From an uncultured Chloroflexia bacterium (GTDB lineage: Bacteria > Chloroflexota > Limnocylindria > Limnocylindrales > CSP1-4), in assembly GCA_963697415.1 (NCBI GenBank), contig CAVONW010000003.1:1200350-1264349 (forward strand): a DNA stretch of 64,000 nt, read 5' to 3'. The position numbers and the translations under genes are program-made. The notes under the pieces are model-generated. The model was not told the origin of the DNA. It did no database searches and saw nothing but the letters and a program-made list of their open reading frames with translations. Positions 59,111 to 64,000 of the stretch are shown here, in pieces (within the stretch, counting starts at the first letter, position 1; each line of letters begins with the position of its first letter).

Positions 59111-59363
59111 CCGGGTCACGGGGCGAGGCGCGCGTAGGGTGGACGCCCGGCTGCGCGTGGACTGGATCCGGTGCGACGGCTACGGCCTGTGCGGGGACTT
59201 CCTGCCCGACGTGATCGAGCTCGATGAGTGGCGCTACCCGATCGTCGATCCGAGACCGATCGATGGTGGGCTGCTGCACGCAGCCCAGCGGGCGGTCGAC
59301 TGCTGCCCGATGAAGGCCCTTATCCTCGAATCGGCTCTTTCGGAGCCGCGCCGGAGGCACTGA
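59085..59363 (+). CDS. small ferredoxin domain (possibly the C-terminal domain of the preceding NuoF-like protein)
   Basis: VDWIRCDGYGLCGDFLPDVIEL...AAQRAVDCCPMKAL, a CxxGxGxC...CP single-cluster ferredoxin pattern. Confidence 0.45.
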   Translation: MPGRAAVRHRVTGRGARRVDARLRVDWIRCDGYGLCGDFLPDVIELDEWRYPIVDPRPIDGGLLHAAQRAVDCCPMKALILESALSEPRRRH

Positions 59364-59733
59364 GAGCCGTCTTCAGCTCGACGACTTCCTGGCTCAGTTC
59401 CCTGACCCGGTGGGACATGATCTCGACGATCTGGAACGCGAGCGACGGATCCTCGTTGATGCGGCGAAGGAAGTTGCGCTTGTCCAACGTGAGCACGCGC
59501 GCCTGGCTCCTTGCCCGCACGGTGGCCGACCGGGGCTGGTGCTCGAAGATCGCCATCTCGCCCAGGATCTCGTTCCGTCCGGCGACGCGGAGGAGCGTCT
59601 CGGTGCCGTCCTCCTCGACGAGAATCTCGACCTCGCCATCCTGGATGACGAACATGCAGTCACCCTCATCGCCCTGGCGCACGATCACTTCGCCGGGCTC
59701 GTAGGCCCGGCCGAGGGCTCCGTTGCCTGTCAC
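59320..59733 (-). CDS. cyclic-nucleotide-binding domain protein (Crp-like effector domain without recognisable HTH)
   Basis: 137 aa from GTG 59733 preceded by GGAGG (7-nt spacer); GEVIVRQGDEGDCMFVIQDGEVEI...AGRNEILGEMAIF...RSATVRA; GTGA overlap with upstream gene stop. Confidence 0.65.
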   Translation of the reverse strand: MTGNGALGRAYEPGEVIVRQGDEGDCMFVIQDGEVEILVEEDGTETLLRVAGRNEILGEMAIFEHQPRSATVRARSQARVLTLDKRNFLRRINEDPSLAFQIVEIMSHRVRELSQEVVELKTALSASGAAPKEPIRG

Positions 59734-61127
59734 GTCACGACCTCCGTATGATCCCGCCGGCGGCCCGGGAGCAGGGCGCCCGGCAACGCGACCGCAAGCC
59801 GGGCGATGAGGCCCGGATTGACCATCCGCCGGAAGATGTCGCCGTACGGTGCGCTGCCCGAGAACATGTCCCACAGGATGCTGCTGAGAAGCTTCCGCTT
59901 GCCAGCCCCGTCCTGCTCTCGCACGGTGACCTTCAGGAGGAGCCGGCGAACGAAACGGAGACGCCGGGCAACACGGGTCATGATGAACGCCACTTCGCCG
60001 ATCCGGTTGTCGCTCATGATCGATTGGCAGACCGGCAGGTAGTGCTTCCGGAATGCGGCCTCCGATACCCCGTCGAAGACCGCGACGCGGGCCGCGGCCT
60101 TGGCGGTTCGGTAGGCCGCCCCAATCCCGTCCTTGTACAGCCTCGTGACCCCGCTGTCGCCGATGAACACGATGCGATCCGCGAACGGCTTCTCGACGCC
60201 GTGGATGTTGATGTGCGGGAGGCACTGGCACGATTTCTCGTCGGGCTGCCACCCCGGCGGCATGACGGCCCGCACTTCGGGCGCGTCGGCAAACGCATCG
60301 CCGAGCGCGTGGTCGATGTCCTCGCCGAGCAGGCACATCGTGACGTAGTCGCCCTTCGGGATCAGCGCCGCGAACTCCAGGCGAGGGATGTCGAGCAGGA
60401 AGACATGCATCGACGTTCCCAGGTAGGTGTTGATCGCCTCCTGGCCCAGGTAGTACTCGCGAATGAGCGTCTTGGTCACCTTCGGACGCGCATATCCGAT
60501 GCCCAGGCCCTCGAACGTCTTGAGGATCGATGAATTGACACCGACCGCAATGACGACAAGGTCGTAGGACTGCGCCGTCCCATCGCGGCCACGGAGCACG
60601 GGCCGGCCGTCCTCACGCGTCACCTCGTCGACTCGGGTCTGCACGAGTTGCGCCCCCAGATTGAGCGCCAGCGCCTGGAGGTGGTGGTCGAAGCTCTCCC
60701 ACTTCGCCTCGGTCACGTCGCGCGGCCCGCCACCCCGGTGAACCGCCCCGATCCGCATCTCCTCCCCGGGTGTCGAGATGCGGACGCTGCCGACATCCGT
60801 GTGGAGGACGTACGCGTCGATTCCTCGCTGGACAACGCTGGGAGGCAGGTTCACGCCGTCCATGGCCAGGTTCTGGACCAGGGACTCGGAGATGATCCCG
60901 CCGCACATGTTGCAGCCGACGGGGCCCGGCTGAGCGAACGCCCGCGGCTCGTAGATGTCAACGGCGAGCTTCATGCCGACCCTGCCGGCCATCTCGAGCA
61001 GGAAGTACGTGAACAGCGAACCGGCCGGTCCGCTGCCGACGACCGCGATCCGCGATCCATCCTCGAGGGCGAGGTCGCCCTCGCGATCTGTTTGGCTTCC
61101 CGGATCCATCGCGGTTTCAGGTGCCAC
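59730..61127 (-). CDS. FAD-dependent oxidoreductase (geranylgeranyl-reductase/FixC-like family)
   Basis: GTG 61127 with GGAGGGAG RBS; dinucleotide motif IAVVGSGPAGS; about 465 aa. Confidence 0.75.
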   Translation of the reverse strand: MAPETAMDPGSQTDREGDLALEDGSRIAVVGSGPAGSLFTYFLLEMAGRVGMKLAVDIYEPRAFAQPGPVGCNMCGGIISESLVQNLAMDGVNLPPSVVQRGIDAYVLHTDVGSVRISTPGEEMRIGAVHRGGGPRDVTEAKWESFDHHLQALALNLGAQLVQTRVDEVTREDGRPVLRGRDGTAQSYDLVVIAVGVNSSILKTFEGLGIGYARPKVTKTLIREYYLGQEAINTYLGTSMHVFLLDIPRLEFAALIPKGDYVTMCLLGEDIDHALGDAFADAPEVRAVMPPGWQPDEKSCQCLPHINIHGVEKPFADRIVFIGDSGVTRLYKDGIGAAYRTAKAAARVAVFDGVSEAAFRKHYLPVCQSIMSDNRIGEVAFIMTRVARRLRFVRRLLLKVTVREQDGAGKRKLLSSILWDMFSGSAPYGDIFRRMVNPGLIARLAVALPGALLPGRRRDHTEVVT

Positions 61128-61236
61128 GCGTGTCTCCCTCCAGGATCTGTAGGCGTCAGCATCCCGGCCACACAGCACCTCTGGGAAGTGACATTGGTCA
61201 CGATTGCCCGCCCACCTCCCCCCCACGCCCTGAGTG

Positions 61237-62703
61237 TCAGCCCGAGGGATCGGCTCCCGAGCCGAGTGCCGGCGCCGGGGCAACAGACCGGGCGGCCAGC
61301 GCCACGACCATCCTGCGGAAGATCACGCTGTGGATCGGAAGCAGGACGTACCAATAGGCGAATCCGGCGACCCCACGCGGCTCGAAGAAGGCGGTCTGGA
61401 TCAGCGTGGAGCCTGTCGGGGTTTCCTCCACGTCGTACTGGAGCCAGGCGCGCCCGGGCACGCGCATTTCAGCGCGCAATCGGAGTTGCTCCGGGCGTTT
61501 GATCGCCTCGACGCGCCAGAAGTCGAGCGCGTCCCCGACGCGCAGGCGGAGGGCGTCCCGTCGTCCGAGCCGCATTCCGACTCCCCCCACTGCCCGGTCG
61601 GCGAGGCCGCGGATCCGCCACAGGACGTTCGCGAAGGGCCATCCGCCCGCGCCGCCGATCTGCTCCACCTGCGCGAAGACAACGTCCCTCGGAGCGCCGA
61701 CCGCGTGCGACCGGCGGTCCACGAGCATCCCCTCACCAAGCTCGAGTGACGGAGCTGCACGGCCGTGGTGGCTGACGGAATACGCATCGAACCAGGTGGT
61801 TTCAATCTCGTTGCGGGCCGTGCGGTCGAGCGCCAGACGAAGTGCCGCCTCAAAACTCATGGGTCTGACGGCGAACGCATGGGCCGGTCCCGGCTCCCGC
61901 ACCACGAGCGGGTCGTGAAGCCGCTCGACGAGGGGTCGCGCGACCCAGGCGGGCACGGGTGTGACGAGTCCGACGCCCCAGGAGCTGAGACGCGCCGCGA
62001 ACACCGGGATGGGGATCAGAAGTCGTCGCATGCCGCGCACGTCGGCGTAGGTCCGCATCATCGCGCCGTAGGTGAGGACATCCGGCCCCCCGATCTCGAC
62101 GATCCCGGTGATATCCGGATGGCGGAGCGCCTCGACGAGGTAGTCGAGTACGTCCCGGATCCCGATGGGCTGGCACATCGTGAACGCCCAGCGCGGCAGG
62201 ACGATCACCGGCAGCCGCTCGATGAGGTGGCGCACGATCTCAAGGGAGGCGCTTCCCGATCCGATGATCACGGACGACCGGAACTCCGTCACTGGACTCC
62301 CGGCCCGGCCAAGCTCGTCGCCGATTGAGCGGCCGTCTCCCTCCGAAGCCAACGCCCCGCTACTCGCGGCTCTCAGGCCGCTGAGGTAGATGATCCGCCC
62401 GACTCCCGCCAATGCCGCGGCCGCTGCGACGTTGCGCGCGCCGTCGAGGTCCCGCTCAGCGGCACCCGACTCGCCCCGGCTGGCCGCGTAGACGAGGTAG
62501 TAGATGGCCTCCGCATCGTGCAGGGCGGGGCCGAGGCTCTTCGGATCGAGTGCGTCGCCACGCATGACGTTGGCCGCGGGGAACCGATCCACCAGCGGGG
62601 CAGGCTCTCGGGCCAACAGCGTGACCGAATGCCCGGCGTCCAGAAGCCTGGTCACCAGGCGGCCGCCGACATATCCACTCGCGCCGAGGACCACGACTCG
62701 CAC
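61237..62703 (-). CDS. NAD(P)H-binding SDR/NmrA-like domain fused to DUF2867-like C-terminal domain
   Basis: 488 aa; VVVLGASGYVGGRLV Rossmann motif; C-terminal about 200 aa W-rich conserved domain. Confidence 0.75.
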   Translation of the reverse strand: MRVVVLGASGYVGGRLVTRLLDAGHSVTLLAREPAPLVDRFPAANVMRGDALDPKSLGPALHDAEAIYYLVYAASRGESGAAERDLDGARNVAAAAALAGVGRIIYLSGLRAASSGALASEGDGRSIGDELGRAGSPVTEFRSSVIIGSGSASLEIVRHLIERLPVIVLPRWAFTMCQPIGIRDVLDYLVEALRHPDITGIVEIGGPDVLTYGAMMRTYADVRGMRRLLIPIPVFAARLSSWGVGLVTPVPAWVARPLVERLHDPLVVREPGPAHAFAVRPMSFEAALRLALDRTARNEIETTWFDAYSVSHHGRAAPSLELGEGMLVDRRSHAVGAPRDVVFAQVEQIGGAGGWPFANVLWRIRGLADRAVGGVGMRLGRRDALRLRVGDALDFWRVEAIKRPEQLRLRAEMRVPGRAWLQYDVEETPTGSTLIQTAFFEPRGVAGFAYWYVLLPIHSVIFRRMVVALAARSVAPAPALGSGADPSG

Positions 62704-62830
62704 GAGCCAAGTATGTCGATGAACGGGTAGCGAGCCGAACGACAGGAGTCACCGGATTGACGGGCCGCTCGGCTCCTCCTCGGGCGCCGGCACGCTCCTA
62801 CGATCGCGAGATGGCGATCGACCTGGAGCG

Positions 62831-64000
62831 GATCCACGCGCTGATCGACGCGGCGCGCCGGTCCGGCCGCGCCGCGCTCCTGGAACCCGAGGGCTACGAA
62901 CTGCTGCGCTGTGCCGGGATCGCGGTACCGCCGCACCTCTTCGTCCGGGACGCCGCTGAGGTCACCACCGCCGAGCTCGGATCGCTGCCCGGCGAGCGGC
63001 TCGTCATCAAGGTCGCGGCGCCTGGGATCGCCCACAAGACCGATGTCGGCGGGGTCGTCGTCGTGCCCCACGACCGAGACGCGGTCGTCGACGCGGTCCG
63101 GGACATGGCGCTTGGACTGGAGGATCAGGCGGTCGGGTACACCATCGCCGCCTTCGTCGAGCACGACCCGGGGATTCGCGGCGAGCTCCTGGTTTCGCTG
63201 CGCTGGACCGACGACTTCGGCCCGATCGTCACGGTCGGCGCGGGCGGGACGGACGCGGAGGCCGTCGCTCGCCACCTGCTCCGCGGCTCTCGCGTGGCGA
63301 TTCTCTCGCCAACGGAGACGGCGCGAAACGATCTGCCGGACCTGCTCTCCGGCTCCATCGGCGTCGAGCTTGCGACTGCCCGGCTAAGGGGCCGGCCACC
63401 TCGCCTCGCGATGGACCAACTCGTCGACGTGGTCGAGCGGCTGTTCGCCCTGGCCGCCGCGTGCGGCCCCGATGGCATCACCGAGCTCGAGATCAACCCG
63501 CTCGCCATCACGCCGGACGGTCTCGTCGCACTCGACGTCCTCGCGACGTTCGGCACCGGGAGCCTGCCGATCCGTCCGGATCGGCCCCTGCGCGAACTCG
63601 GGCGGCTCCTGGAGCCCGAGACCATTGCGATCGTCGGCGTGTCCGCGACGATGAACCCGGGTCGGATCATCCTTCGCAACCTCCTGCGGGACGGATTCGA
63701 CCCGGACCGGGTCTGGATCGTGAAGCCGGGCGTCGATGCGATCGAGGGCTGCCGCTGCGTGCCGGACCTCGATTCGCTGCCGGGCAAGGCGGACCTCCTC
63801 GTCGTGGCGGTGTCGGCCGGGGACGCCCCGGCGATCGTGACCCGTGCGATCGAGGCGGACGCTGCGGCAAGCCTGATCCTCATCCCGGGGGGCCTCGAGG
63901 AGAAGCACGGGACCGAGGATCTCGTTGGCCGGATGCACGACGCGCTCGCCGCCGCGAGGTCCCGCGGAGGCGGCCTCCTGATCAACGGCGGGAACTGCCT
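62831..64000 (+). CDS. ADP-forming acetate/acyl-CoA ligase family protein (ATP-grasp domain followed by CoA-binding domain); 3' end beyond window
   Basis: Manual translation from ATG 62831 in a frame open to the window end. ...LVIKVAAPGIAHKTDVGGVV (ATP-grasp), then IAIVGVSATMNPGRIILRNLL...LLVVAVSA (CoA-binding Rossmann). Confidence 0.7.

Overview
This is a high-GC (about 70%) bacterial chromosomal segment. Codon third positions are strongly G/C-biased, and most antisense ORFs in the track are Arg/Pro-rich artefacts. The gene content includes PadR pairs, VapBC, a LigC-type ATP-dependent ligase, an F420-type luciferase-like oxidoreductase, a LAL/STAND LuxR regulator and leaderless-looking promoters; this looks actinobacterial or Chloroflexi-like, but I cannot assign a taxon from sequence alone. 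The left part is ordinary housekeeping and accessory metabolism: a flavin reductase, a hydrolase and a crotonase, followed by two tandem PadR plus membrane-partner modules with AT-rich operators. Next come a repeat (propeller-like) protein and a vapBC pair translationally coupled to 3-hydroxyacyl-CoA dehydrogenase and thiolase. Further along are a degenerate GGDEF protein, an A-type Fe-S carrier, a beta-lactamase-family hydrolase, an opuC-like compatible-solute ABC transporter and a MerR/GNAT/LigC-ligase cluster, then rhodanese and a class-V aminotransferase. A tRNA at 28545-28621 carries an unusual UAU anticodon (tRNA-Ile reading AUA). It is followed by a variable-looking segment: a membrane-anchored NERD protein, a large VWA surface protein with a Pro/Thr tandem repeat, TM anchor and SH3-like tail (reading frame broken inside the repeat), an orphan DPPY DNA methyltransferase and a 1050-aa ATPase-TPR-LuxR regulator. 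The next segment carries an AlaX-like and a YbaK-like trans-editing factor, SCO1/PCuAC copper chaperones, a serine carboxypeptidase and pntAA-pntAB-pntB. From about 47.6 to 59.3 kb nearly every gene is interrupted by multiple frameshifts or an in-frame stop: LLM oxidoreductase, GT2, PAS-PAS-adenylate cyclase, DUF308, a Zn/Mn ABC transporter, MATE, split transketolase and a NuoF-like protein. Flanking regions are intact, so this is either a decaying gene block or a locally poor assembly. The window ends with an intact cNMP-binding protein, an FAD oxidoreductase, an SDR-DUF2867 protein and the start of an ADP-forming acyl-CoA synthetase. I found no CRISPR array, transposase, integrase or rRNA. 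All coordinates of frameshifted genes are approximate.
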